DNA from: an uncultured Actinomycetes bacterium
GTDB taxonomy: Bacteria > Actinomycetota > Thermoleophilia > UBA2241
Length of the DNA stretch: 64,000 nucleotides
Reading direction: 5' to 3'
Assembly: GCA_963755025.1 (NCBI GenBank)
Contig: CAVWIH010000034.1
Location: 96,001-160,000 of the forward strand
Shown here: one piece after another, positions 10,330 to 20,155 of the stretch
Position numbering within the stretch: the first letter of the stretch is position 1
How the letters are laid out: each line of letters starts with the position of its first letter
The notes under the pieces: model-generated
What the model was told of the DNA's origin: nothing
What the model saw: the letters and a program-made list of their open reading frames with translations, nothing else
Database searches by the model: none
Program-made: the position numbers and the translations under genes

Positions 10330-11406
10330 CTAGAGCAAGCCGGTGAAGTTCCCGGTCCCCCAGGGTGAGGCCGCCACGGCGTCGGCCACGGCTATGGCGC
10401 TGGTGCCCGAGCGCAACGCGGCGAGGATGCCGCCGTAGTAGCCGTTGCGCAGCGTGGCGATGGTCGCGGTGAAGCCCTGCGCCCAGCTCACGTAGGCCTT
10501 GACGCCCACGGAGTTCATGGAGGTGGCGCCGGGCTCGGGCATGGTCGTGTCGAGGGGATTGTAGTGGGCCGTGTTGTGCCAGTTGCCGCCCTCAGCCATC
10601 TCCCAGGCGGTGATCGCGGCCGCGTTTTGCTGGGTGAGCGGCATGTTGAGCTGTTCGAGCAGCGCCCTGGCCCACGTGATGGGCGTGTAGCGGCCCGAGA
10701 GCGGCACCGACGAGACCATGCCCCCGCTGTGCGGGTTCTGCGCGGCCAGGATGCGCTGGATCTGGCGCGTGAACGCTTCGAGGATGGCGCGCCGCTGGGC
10801 GATCTTGTCGGACATCGCGAGGCGTTGCGCGTCGACCTGGTCCTGGGCGGCCTGCGACTCGCTGCGCTGGCCGGCGAGTGAATCGGCGAGGCGCGTGACC
10901 TGGGCGTTCAGGCGGGCGAGGTTCGCGGTGTCGCGCTGGCCCTGCTGGGTCAGGCGCTTGAAGAAGGTGACCTCGGTCTGCGCCTGGGTGATCGTGGCCG
11001 AGCCGGCCAGCACGTCGACGAACGAGAACGTGCCCATCTTGTACATGGCGGCGAGGCGCCCGCCCACCAGGGCGCTCTGCTGACTGAGGGCGTTCTGGGA
11101 CTGGGCGAGCTGCAGACGAGTCTGCGAGAGCTTCATGTTCACGGCGGTGAGGTTGGCGACGGCGGCGTTGTACTGTGCGCCGATCGTCTGCATCTGCGTT
11201 TCGAGGAGGGCCATCTGGCGGCGCTGACCGCGGGCCGCGGCTTCGAGGCCGTTGAGCGTGGTCGGGGTCTGCACGGCGATGATGGCGGTGGGCGAGGCGG
11301 CAGCCGGCCCCGGCACGAGGGCGGCGCAGCAGAGGGCGACGGCGGCGGCCGCCACGGCGGCCGCCGCCGTCGCCCGCACGAGTCGTTTGTACCGGCGCCG
11401 ATCCAT
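10330..11406 (-). CDS. secreted coiled-coil (PcsB/CwlO-like) protein with putative lysozyme-like C-terminal domain
   Basis: Signal peptide, long Q/A/L coiled coil with RLAAMYKMG, and C-terminal AWEMAEGG..HYNPLDTT..YVSWAQG..SPW. Confidence 0.65.
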   Translation of the reverse strand: MDRRRYKRLVRATAAAAVAAAAVALCCAALVPGPAAASPTAIIAVQTPTTLNGLEAAARGQRRQMALLETQMQTIGAQYNAAVANLTAVNMKLSQTRLQLAQSQNALSQQSALVGGRLAAMYKMGTFSFVDVLAGSATITQAQTEVTFFKRLTQQGQRDTANLARLNAQVTRLADSLAGQRSESQAAQDQVDAQRLAMSDKIAQRRAILEAFTRQIQRILAAQNPHSGGMVSSVPLSGRYTPITWARALLEQLNMPLTQQNAAAITAWEMAEGGNWHNTAHYNPLDTTMPEPGATSMNSVGVKAYVSWAQGFTATIATLRNGYYGGILAALRSGTSAIAVADAVAASPWGTGNFTGLL

Positions 11407-11490
11407 GCTAGGAATATCGGTCTGTCGGCGGCGGTCTTTACACCCGAACGCCGGACCGCGTGGATAGCCCGGCGTTCTCTCGTGTGACTG

Positions 11491-11694
11491 CTAACCCAGG
11501 CGCCGGTGCGACCTCAGGTCGCAGGCCTCCCAGGCCTTGTCGTTTTCCTCGACGTCGGCGTCGGTCATGAGACACCGCTCGCTCGTACCGGCGACCCTCT
11601 CGAAGTGCACCTTCCCGTGACAGGTGGGACACTCGTCGGCCGTCTCGGGGGGAGTGTCGAGGCATACCCCGCAATAAGGGCAACAGACTTGCAT
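11491..11694 (-). CDS. small zinc-ribbon protein (67 aa)
   Basis: G-rich RBS. MQVCCPYCG...ECPTCH gives two CxxC pairs. Confidence 0.6.
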   Translation of the reverse strand: MQVCCPYCGVCLDTPPETADECPTCHGKVHFERVAGTSERCLMTDADVEENDKAWEACDLRSHRRLG

Positions 11695-11878
11695 GGCAAC
11701 CCCCTTCGTGACTCCAATCACAGCACGATGGTACTCTCTTTTTGTCGCTGTGGGCAGGTGTTTAGTGCTGCGGAGCGCGGTGGACCCGCCGTGGCGCCCG
11801 GCCCCGAGCGTCGCGGCGCGCGCGCCCGGTCGCGCGAAACGCGCAGGCCAACACACCCGACCGGCGACGTCGCCGCGC

Positions 11879-12586
11879 CTAGCGTGAGCCCGCCGCGGCG
11901 ACGACCAGCCGCACGTTCAGCAGGGGCGTGCCGACGGCGCCCATGAAGCGCAGCCAGAGCGGCAGGTACATCTCCAGCCCCCGTGCGGCGGTGATGTCGC
12001 CGACGTCGGTGACCCGGGTCCAGCCGAGCCAGGTGTCGAGCACGTTGGCGCTCACCCAGGCCTTGGCCGCCGCGTCGTTGCCGGCGATGAACAGGTCGGT
12101 GTCTTCGCCCAGGCGTGCGGGATCGACCATCACGTCGACCGTCACCGTGTTCAGCGTCTTGACCACACGCGCGCCCGGGTAGGCCGCCTGAATGCGCTCG
12201 CCCAGCGAGTCGTCGTTGCAGAAGGCCAGGGCGGACGGCATGCCGTGCGAGAAGTCGAGCGGGTTGGAAAGGTCGAGGAGGATCTTGCCCTCGACGTCGC
12301 CGCGGTCGACGCTGCCCAGGGCGGCCAGCGAGGCGGTGCCCGCCGTGGCGTTGATCAGCAGCTCGCCGAACGCGGCGGCCTGGGCGAAGGTGCCGGCCGC
12401 GGCCTCGCGCCCCACGTCGAAATTGACGGTCGCCCAGGCGTCGGCCGACGGGATCACGCCGCGGGGGCCGAGGTCTTTGGGTACGTCGGGGTCGCGCGCG
12501 CTGATCATGACCGCCTGACCGACCGCCAGCAGCCGTTCGCCCAGCGTCTGGGCGACGAGCCCCGAGCCGATGATGCCGATGTTCAT
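11879..12586 (-). CDS. NADP oxidoreductase, F420-dependent family
   Basis: MNIGIIGSG, LDLSNPL, SLGERIQAAYPGARVVKTLNTV. Confidence 0.85.
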   Translation of the reverse strand: MNIGIIGSGLVAQTLGERLLAVGQAVMISARDPDVPKDLGPRGVIPSADAWATVNFDVGREAAAGTFAQAAAFGELLINATAGTASLAALGSVDRGDVEGKILLDLSNPLDFSHGMPSALAFCNDDSLGERIQAAYPGARVVKTLNTVTVDVMVDPARLGEDTDLFIAGNDAAAKAWVSANVLDTWLGWTRVTDVGDITAARGLEMYLPLWLRFMGAVGTPLLNVRLVVAAAGSR

Positions 12587-12798
12587 GGCGCCCTCCGTGA
12601 CCGACTGAGAAGAACTCGCGGCGACCGGCGCCCGCGGGGGCATCGGCGCCCGACCCCCCGACTGTACCCGGAGCCCCCAGCGGCGCACGCCGTCGGGCGC
12701 CCGCGCCGCGCCGCGCCGGCGGGCGGCGGGTGATATCGTGGCCCCAGGTATCGGCAACCGCCGGGCGAGGCCCGGCCCGGCTAAGACGGGGCTCGTCC

Positions 12799-14043
12799 AT
12801 GACTCAGGCAGTAGAGCAGACCCTCGCCCACGGCATCGACCGCGCCGGCCTGCGCAGCTACGCCGACCTCGTGCTGCGCTGCGGCGTGAACCTCGAACGG
12901 GGTCAGAAGATCCTCATTACCGGCGACGTGCACCACGCCTACCTGATCGCCGCCCTGGTCGAGCGCGCCTACGCTAACGGGGCGAGCGCCGCCGAGACCC
13001 TGTACTTCGACGATCGCGTGCTGGCCGCCAAGGCCGGCGGCGCGCCCACCGACGCGCTCGCCGCCTGGGTGCCGGCCTGGTACGAGGCCGCCTACCAGAC
13101 CGTGATCGACGAGCGCTGGGCGCGCATCCGCACGCTCGGCGACCCCATCGACGACCCCTACGCCGGCGTGCCCGTCGGGCGCGCCACCGCGCTGCAGACG
13201 GCCGTCACCCTGCCGGCCTACCGCACGATCGACGCCCGCGTCAACTGGAACCTGTGCCCCTGCCCGACCCCGGCCTGGGCGCGGCGCATCTACGGCGAGC
13301 CCGACGTCGCGCGGCTGTGGCGCGACCTGCGCTACGCCGTGCGCTTGGACGAGGCCGACCCGGTGGCCGCCTGGAGCGCCCGCCACGACGAGCTGGCGCT
13401 GCGCGCCGCGCACCTCGACCAGGCGGGCTTTGTGGCGCTGCGCTTTCGGGGCGGGGGCACCGACCTCTTCGTGCCGCTGCACGGCGACGCCCACTGGCAG
13501 CCGGCCTGGCTGACCACGAGCTGGGGCCGCGAGTTCCTCTGTAACCTGCCCAGCGAGGAGATCTATGTGGCGCCCGACTTCAGGGGCGTGCAGGGCACCG
13601 CCGTCGCCACGCGGCCGGTCACGGTGAACGGTGTGCTGGTGAGCGGCCTCACGCTGCGCTTTGCCGACGGGCTTATCGTCGAGGTGAGCGCCGACAGCAA
13701 CGCCGACGCGGTGCGCGCCAGCCTCGACGAAGACGCCGGCGCGCGGCGGCTGGGCGAGGTGGCGCTGGTCGATGCATCGTCGCGCGTGGGCGAGCTCGAC
13801 ACCGTCTTCTTCGAGACGCTGCTCGACGAGAACGCCGCCTGCCACATCGCCTGGGGCGCCGCCATCCACGACTCGTTTTCCGACGACCTGCCCCAGGACG
13901 AAGCCGCCCTGACGGCGCGCGGCATCAACGAGTCGGCCGTCCACCAGGACGTCATGATCGGCGGCCCCGACGTGGCCGTGACCGGCATCAGCGCCGGCGG
14001 CGACGAGCGGCCGGTCCTGATCGGGCAGCGCTGGGAGATCTAG
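12799..14043 (+). CDS. aminopeptidase, M29 (AmpS/PepS) family
   Basis: NLPSEEIY, LGEVALV, LLDENAACHIAWG, NESAVHQDVMIG. Confidence 0.9.
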   Translation: MTQAVEQTLAHGIDRAGLRSYADLVLRCGVNLERGQKILITGDVHHAYLIAALVERAYANGASAAETLYFDDRVLAAKAGGAPTDALAAWVPAWYEAAYQTVIDERWARIRTLGDPIDDPYAGVPVGRATALQTAVTLPAYRTIDARVNWNLCPCPTPAWARRIYGEPDVARLWRDLRYAVRLDEADPVAAWSARHDELALRAAHLDQAGFVALRFRGGGTDLFVPLHGDAHWQPAWLTTSWGREFLCNLPSEEIYVAPDFRGVQGTAVATRPVTVNGVLVSGLTLRFADGLIVEVSADSNADAVRASLDEDAGARRLGEVALVDASSRVGELDTVFFETLLDENAACHIAWGAAIHDSFSDDLPQDEAALTARGINESAVHQDVMIGGPDVAVTGISAGGDERPVLIGQRWEI

Positions 14044-15941
14044 CCAGCGAGCTCGCCGAGCTCGGCAGGGTCGGGCGCGTCCTGGGCGCGGAACTGGGTG
14101 CGGTGCAGGTCGGCGTAGAGGCCGCCGGCGGCCAGCAGCTCGTCGTGGCGGCCGCGTTGCACGATGCGGCCGTCCTGCAGCACGAGGATCACGTCGGCGT
14201 CGCGCACCGTCGAGAGCCGGTGGGCGATGACCAGCGACGTGCGCCCGGTGAGCGCCGCCTTCAGGGCGTGCTGCACGGCGACCTCGGACTCCGAGTCGAG
14301 GTGCGCCGTGGCTTCGTCTAACACCACGATGTCGGGCGCCTTGAGCAGCAGCCGGGCGATCGCCAGACGCTGCTTCTCGCCGCCCGACAGGCGGTAACCG
14401 CGGTCGCCCACGACCGTGTCGAGACCGTCGGGCAGCGACTCGACGAGCGCCATGATCTGCGCGGCCCGCAGCACCTCGTCGACCTCGTCGGCGCTGGCGT
14501 CGGGCTTTGCGTAGAGCAGGTTGGCGCGGATCGTGTCGTGGAACAGGTGGACGTCCTGGGTGACCATGCCGATCACCTGGCGCAGCGAGTCGAAGCTCGC
14601 CTCGCGCACGTCGACCCCGTCGATGCGCACCGCGCCGGCGCGCACATCGTACAGGCGCGGCACGAGCTGGCTGATCGTCGTCTTGCCGGCTCCCGACGGA
14701 CCGACCAGGGCGATGAGCTGCCCCGGCTCGGCCGTGAAGCTCACATCGTGCAGCACCTCCTGGCCGGGCGTGTCGTTCAGCACCGCCACCGACTCGAGCG
14801 AGGCCAGCGAGACCTCGCTGCTCGTCGGGTAGGCGAAACGCACGTGGTCGAACTCTATGCGCGCCGGCCCGCGCGGCACGCTCGCGGCGCCGGGCTTCTC
14901 GACCACCATGGGCGGCAGGTCGAGGACCTCGAACACGCGGTCGAACGAGACCAGCGCGGTCATGAGGTCGACGTTGATGTTGGAGAGCGCGGTGAGCGGG
15001 CCGTAGAGCCGGTTGAGGTAGGCGGTGAGGGCCACGACCGTGCCCACGTCGAGCACGCCGCGGACCGCCAGCACGCCGCCCCAGCCGTACACCAGCGCCG
15101 TCGCCAGCGCCGCGGTGAGCAGCAGGGCGATGAAGAAGAAGCGCGCGTAGATAGACTGCACGATGTCGATGTCGCGCACGCGCGCCGCCTTGGCCTTGAA
15201 CTCGTCGCTCTCGGCGTCGGGGTGGCCAAAGAGCTTTACGAGCAGCGCGCCGGCCACGTTGAAGCGCTCGACCATGCCGTTGTTCATCTCGGCGGTGAGC
15301 TCGTAGCGCTCGCGCGTGATCGATTGCAGGCGGCGCCCCAGCCAGCGGGCGGGCAGCAGAAAGGCGGGCAGCAACGCCAGCGCCACGAGCGTGATCTGCC
15401 ACGACAGGAAGAACATGATGACGAGCACGATGGCCACGCTGATCAGGTTGCCGATCACGCTCGAGAGCACGTCGGTGAAGGCTTCCTGGGCGCCGGTGAC
15501 GTCGTTGTTCAGGCGGCTCACCAGGGCCCCGGTCTGCGTGCGCGTGAAGAAGGCGATGGGCATGCGCTGCACGTGGTCGAACACCTTGGTGCGCATGTCG
15601 TAGATCAGGTTCTCGCCGACCCGCGCGCTGATGAAGCGCTCGATCAGGGTGAGGCCGGCGTCGATGATCGCCAGCACGGCGACCAGCACGGCCAGCACGA
15701 CGATGAGCTCGGCGTCGTGGTGGTAGATGCCCTTGTTGATGATCTCGCGGTAGATCAGCGGGTTGGCGGCGCTCACCACCGCGTCGAGCACGACCAGCAC
15801 CAGAAAGACCGCCAGCAGGGCGCGGTAAGGGCGCACGAACGTGAGGATGCGGCGGGTCGTGCCCTTGGGCACCTTCTCGTGCTGGACCGACTGGTCACGG
15901 CGCAGCGAGCGCAGCGCCGTGAAGCCGCCGGGACCCATCAT
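14040..15941 (-). CDS. ABC exporter, fused permease/ATPase
   Basis: TM domain plus GPSGAGKTT, LSGGEKQRL, LDEATAHLD and IAHRLST. Confidence 0.93.
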   Translation of the reverse strand: MMGPGGFTALRSLRRDQSVQHEKVPKGTTRRILTFVRPYRALLAVFLVLVVLDAVVSAANPLIYREIINKGIYHHDAELIVVLAVLVAVLAIIDAGLTLIERFISARVGENLIYDMRTKVFDHVQRMPIAFFTRTQTGALVSRLNNDVTGAQEAFTDVLSSVIGNLISVAIVLVIMFFLSWQITLVALALLPAFLLPARWLGRRLQSITRERYELTAEMNNGMVERFNVAGALLVKLFGHPDAESDEFKAKAARVRDIDIVQSIYARFFFIALLLTAALATALVYGWGGVLAVRGVLDVGTVVALTAYLNRLYGPLTALSNINVDLMTALVSFDRVFEVLDLPPMVVEKPGAASVPRGPARIEFDHVRFAYPTSSEVSLASLESVAVLNDTPGQEVLHDVSFTAEPGQLIALVGPSGAGKTTISQLVPRLYDVRAGAVRIDGVDVREASFDSLRQVIGMVTQDVHLFHDTIRANLLYAKPDASADEVDEVLRAAQIMALVESLPDGLDTVVGDRGYRLSGGEKQRLAIARLLLKAPDIVVLDEATAHLDSESEVAVQHALKAALTGRTSLVIAHRLSTVRDADVILVLQDGRIVQRGRHDELLAAGGLYADLHRTQFRAQDAPDPAELGELAG

Positions 15942-16474
15942 AAGGGCGCACCCGGGCGGCGCGGCGCCGCGTCGCGTTCGTTCAGGATGGCGAGGAGCCC
16001 GAGGAGCTGCTCGCACTGCGCGCCGTCGAGCCGCGCGAACAGCGCCTCGGCGCTCGCCCGGCGGGCACGACCCAGGCGCGCCAGCAGCTCATCGCCCGCG
16101 CCGGTGAGGCAGACCAGCACCGAGCGGCGGTCGAGGGGGTCGGGGCGCCGCTCGACCAGGCTCGCCGCCTCGAGGGCGTCGACCATGGCCGTGGCGGAGC
16201 GCGGCACGACTTCGAGGCGCACGGCGAGCTCGCCCATGCGCAAGGGCGCCTCGGCGCGCGAGAGCAGGCGCAGGGCGCGCGCCTGGCCGAACGTCAGCCC
16301 CAGGGGCTCGAGCTCGCCGCGCGCGGCGCGCCGCAGACGCCACGACGTGCAGGTCAGCAGCTCGCCGAGCTGGGCGACCAGGTCGGCGCCGGCGCCGGCG
16401 GCGGTCGCCGCGCCGTCGGACGCGCGGCCGGGGGTCGCCGCGTCGGGAATAGTCGGGTCTGTGGTCGCCGCCAT
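15938..16474 (-). CDS. MarR-family regulator
   Basis: GLTFGQARALRLL, RMGELA, VDALEAASLVERRPDPLDRRSV. Confidence 0.85.
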   Translation of the reverse strand: MAATTDPTIPDAATPGRASDGAATAAGAGADLVAQLGELLTCTSWRLRRAARGELEPLGLTFGQARALRLLSRAEAPLRMGELAVRLEVVPRSATAMVDALEAASLVERRPDPLDRRSVLVCLTGAGDELLARLGRARRASAEALFARLDGAQCEQLLGLLAILNERDAAPRRPGAPL

Positions 16475-16731
16475 GGCTGCTCCTTGGGGCCCGCCGCCTC
16501 GTTCGAGTCGGCGCATAGCGTTGAGTCTACCACATAGTGATCGTCTCTCAACATCACGCGGCGAACGGTCGGGCGGCGCGCCCGTCGCAGTGCGCTCGCT
16601 GCGGTGCGCCGGCCGCGGTGCGCCGGCCGCGGTGCGCCCGGGCTGCGACGCGGCTAACGGGCCTGCCGCGTCCGCGGCGGGGAAGAGCCCTCGGTGACCC
16701 TGAAACACGCCCACGGATGGAGAGTCAGGCC

Positions 16732-17166
16732 ATGTCGACTGAGAACAACATCGAGGCCTATCGGCGCCTTACCGCGGCCTTTGCCAACGGCGACCTCACG
16801 GTCGTCGACGAGCTCGTCGCGCCCGAGATGGTGGAGCACCAGATCGGGTCGCTGGGCAACGGACCCGAGGCGCTCAAGCAGATGATCACCTACCTGCGCT
16901 CGTCGATGCCCGACCTGGAGGTGACGATCGACGACCTGGTGGCGGCCGACGACGAGGTCTGGTCGCGCGGCAAGTTCCGCGGCACGTTCAGCGGCGAGCT
17001 CATGGGGCGGGCGTTCCACAACGAGCCGATCGCCCTCGACGCGGTCGACGTCGTGCGCTTTCGCGACGGCAAGGTGGTCGAGCATTGGGGGGTCATCGAC
17101 CGCCTGCAGCAGCTCGAGCAGCTCGGCATCGTGCCGCAGACGCAACCGGAGCAGCGCGCCGCCTGA
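16732..17166 (+). CDS. SnoaL-like ester cyclase / NTF2-fold protein
   Basis: PDLEVTIDDLVA, FRGTFSGEL, RFRDGKVVEHW. Confidence 0.85.
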   Translation: MSTENNIEAYRRLTAAFANGDLTVVDELVAPEMVEHQIGSLGNGPEALKQMITYLRSSMPDLEVTIDDLVAADDEVWSRGKFRGTFSGELMGRAFHNEPIALDAVDVVRFRDGKVVEHWGVIDRLQQLEQLGIVPQTQPEQRAA

Positions 17167-17241
17167 GCGACGCCGGGCGTTCGAGCCGCGCCGCCTGAGC
17201 GACATCGGCGGCCGGGCTCGGCGGAGCGTGAGCGCCGGCCC

Positions 17242-18673
17242 TCACCCGTGGAGCCCGGCGGCTCCTTCGGCGACGGCCCGCCAGGTGGCGAGCCGGGTGG
17301 CGGCTTCGTCGGCCGAGACGCGCGGCTCAAAGCAGGCCGCTCGGACGCCAGTCGCCCACGGCGGCGGCCGGGTCGGCGCACTCCCCAGCGCCCAGGCGCG
17401 CGAAGGCGGCGACGCCCAGGGCGGTGGCGTGGGGCAGAGGATAGACCTCGACCGGCGCCTGCAGCAGGTCGGCCTGCAGTTGCATGAGCGTCGTCGAGCG
17501 CGCCAGGCCGCCGTCGACGCGCAGGCGCTCGAGTGGCCGCCCCAGGTCGGCGGCCGCCGCCTGGGCCAGAAAGGCGACCTGGGCGGCGATGCCCTCGCAG
17601 ACGGCGCGCACCAGGTGAGCGCGGTGCGTGCCCAGCGTGAGGCCCACGAAGGCGCCGCGCGCCTCGGGCTTCCAGAAGGGCGCGGCCAGCCCCGCGAGGC
17701 CCGGCACGAACACCGCCCCGCCGGTGGTCGTGACGCTGCCGCCGAGCGCATCGAGGTCGGACGGCCGCGCGATCAGCCCGACCTCTTGCAGCCAGCTCAC
17801 GGCGGCGCCCGCCGCGTAGACCTGGCCGTCGAGGCAGTACGTCGTCGCGGCGCCCAGCTTCCACGCCACGCAGCCCACCAGGCCGGAGCCCGAGCGCGTG
17901 GCCTTGGGACCCACCGTGGTCAGCAGAAAGGCGCCCGTGCCGAAGGTGCACTTGGCCTCGCCGGCCGCGTGGCAGCTCTCGGCGAACAGCGCGGCCTGCT
18001 GGTCGACGCAGGCGCCGGCGACCGGGATGGGCGCGCCGAACAGGCTGCTCTCGCCCACCACCGACGCGCAGGGAACGACCGCGGGCAGGTCGGCGGCGGC
18101 GATGCCGAAGGCGGCGCACGCCGCCGGCGACCAGGCCGCGGAGTCGAGGTCGAGCAGCATGGTGCGCGACGCGGTCGCGGCGTCGGTGACAAACGCGCCG
18201 CAGAGCCGGTGCAGCAGCCAGACGTCGGAGGTGGTCACGACGCCGGCGCGCGTGACGTGCTCGCGCAGCCACGTCATCTTGGGTCCCGCGAAGTAGGGGT
18301 CGAGCTTGAGCCCGGTGAGCGCCTCGAGCTCGTCGGCCCTCCCGGCGAGCGCGTCGGTCACCTCGACCGCGCGCCTGTCCTGCCAGACGATGGCCCGCGA
18401 CAGGGGCGCGCCGCTCGCCCGGTCCCAGGCGAGCACCGTCTCGCCCTGGTTGGCCAGGCCGATGGCGCCGACCGGCTCGCCGGCCCCGGCAAGGGCCGCG
18501 CGCGCCGCCGCGATGACGGATTGCCAGAGCGCCTCGGGGTCGTGCTCGACCCCGCCGTCGGTGGTGGCGACCGGCGCCACCTGGACTTCGGCTTCGGCGA
18601 GCACCTCGCGCCGCGGGCCGAAGACGAGCGCTTTGGTGCTCGAGGTGCCCTGGTCTATGGCGAGGGTGTTCAC
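17242..18673 (-). CDS. FGGY-family (glycerol kinase-like) carbohydrate kinase; C-terminal frameshift near 17340
   Basis: LAIDQGTSSTK, GLANQGET, IVWQDRR, DQQAALF, KCTFGTGAF, RVDGG, ATALG. Confidence 0.85.
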
Positions 18674-18674
18674 G

Positions 18675-19175
18675 CTAGAGATCGACGCTGTCGGGCGCCT
18701 CTCGCGGGTCGCTGAACCAGTCGCGTTTGTCGAACTCGCCGTCGGTGATCGCGTCGAGCGGCATCTTGACGTAGCGGCCGCGCGCCTCGACGGCGACCGT
18801 ACCGTCGTCGAGCACGATCTCGCCGCTGCCCTCGAAGAGGCGCGAGGTGTCGCGGGTGATGCGGGCAAGGGCCCTGATGGTGCCGCCCAGGGGCACCGGT
18901 CGACGATAGCGCACGGTGAGCTCGGCGGTCACGCCCCAGGTGCCCGGGTGGGCGATGGTGATCGCGCGCCCGATGGTCTCGTCTAAGACCGCAGAGGAGA
19001 TGCCGCCGTGCAGGCGGCCGGGATAGCTCTGATGCTCGTTGCGCGCGTGAAAGACGCCCAGCAGCTCGCCGTCGTCGAGCTCGTAGAAGCTGCCGTGGAG
19101 CCCGTGAGGGTTCTCGTCGCCGCACACGAGGCACATGCGACTGATGTTCTGGGCGCTGCGCACTTTGCGTTCCAA
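18675..19175 (-). CDS. PaaI-family hotdog thioesterase
   Basis: CLVCGDENPHGL, HQSYPGRLHGGISSAVLDE. Confidence 0.85.
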   Translation of the reverse strand: MERKVRSAQNISRMCLVCGDENPHGLHGSFYELDDGELLGVFHARNEHQSYPGRLHGGISSAVLDETIGRAITIAHPGTWGVTAELTVRYRRPVPLGGTIRALARITRDTSRLFEGSGEIVLDDGTVAVEARGRYVKMPLDAITDGEFDKRDWFSDPREAPDSVDL

Positions 19176-19292
19176 CTAAAAAGCGCTCCTCTCGCCTGCG
19201 GTGTCTGGCGTGGGGTCGCCGCACGACCGCGCCGACGATCGGCCCATCATATGGCACGAGGCCGCCCCGCCGCTCGGCGGAACGCGCAGGCG

Positions 19293-20006
19293 TCAGGGCT
19301 GGCGCGAGCCCGGGCCGGCGTGGCCGTCGGCGGCGTCGAACGACGGCATGACGCCTTCGAGCATGCGGTAGAGGATGCGGCAGGGGTTGGCGAGGTCGAG
19401 CGTGGGGTCGATGGCGGCCTGTATCGCGAGACCGTCGATCACCGCCGAGAGCAGCTGCGTGAGGCCCAGGAGGTCGGGGTCGTCGAGCGCTCCCGAAGGC
19501 TTGGCGACGCCCAGCCACTCGAGCTTGATGCTCCAGTACCAGCGGTAGAGCAGGGCGATGCGGCGCCGCAGCCCCTCGTCGCGCAGCACGTGGGGCAGCA
19601 TCTCGAAGAACACGCGGAACTCCTCGGCGGCGCCCGCCATGCGGCGCACCTCTTCGGCGAGCTGCTGGCCCCGCCGTTCGGGGCTCGCGTCTTTCATGCG
19701 GTTCTGCGAGGCGACGTACTCGTCGTGGATCACGGAGTCGAGCACGGCGGCCACAAGCCCGGCTTTGTTGCCGAAGTAGTAGGCGATCATCGCCTTGTTC
19801 TCGCCGGAGGCGGCGGAGACGGCGTTCAGGGTAAGGGCGTCGAAGCCGTGGGTCGCGATGAGGTGCTTGGCGGCCAGCAGCAGCTTCTGGGCGGTCTCGG
19901 GCAGCGCCGGCAGCGGGTCGTTGAACACGGCCTGCGGCCGCCGCACCACCTCGGGTGGTCTGGTCTCCGCGAGAGGCGGCTTGCCGCTGGCCCTTTCGGT
20001 CTTCAC
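19293..20006 (-). CDS. TetR-family regulator, BetI-like C-terminus
   Basis: HTH with HGFDALTLNAVS..MIAYYFGNK. C-terminal LSAVIDGLAIQAAIDP. Start uncertain. Confidence 0.85.
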   Translation of the reverse strand: MKTERASGKPPLAETRPPEVVRRPQAVFNDPLPALPETAQKLLLAAKHLIATHGFDALTLNAVSAASGENKAMIAYYFGNKAGLVAAVLDSVIHDEYVASQNRMKDASPERRGQQLAEEVRRMAGAAEEFRVFFEMLPHVLRDEGLRRRIALLYRWYWSIKLEWLGVAKPSGALDDPDLLGLTQLLSAVIDGLAIQAAIDPTLDLANPCRILYRMLEGVMPSFDAADGHAGPGSRQP

Positions 20007-20026
20007 GATGCCCCCCCTGAGCTCCG

Positions 20027-20046
20027 TTGACTGACCGGTCGATTAG
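20027..20046. promoter_or_regulatory. palindromic operator, copy 1 (TetR / FAD-oxidoreductase divergent region)
   Basis: TTGACTGACCGGTCGATTAG, similar to the copies at 21636 and 37132. Confidence 0.7.
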
Positions 20047-20155
20047 CTCCGTGCAGAATCCTATCAGACGCGTCAACGGGCCCAGGAGCTCGCCGCAGCT
20101 CGTCGCCGGGGCGCGACCGGCTGCGCTATGCTTGGCGCGAACCACCGGAGGGCGC

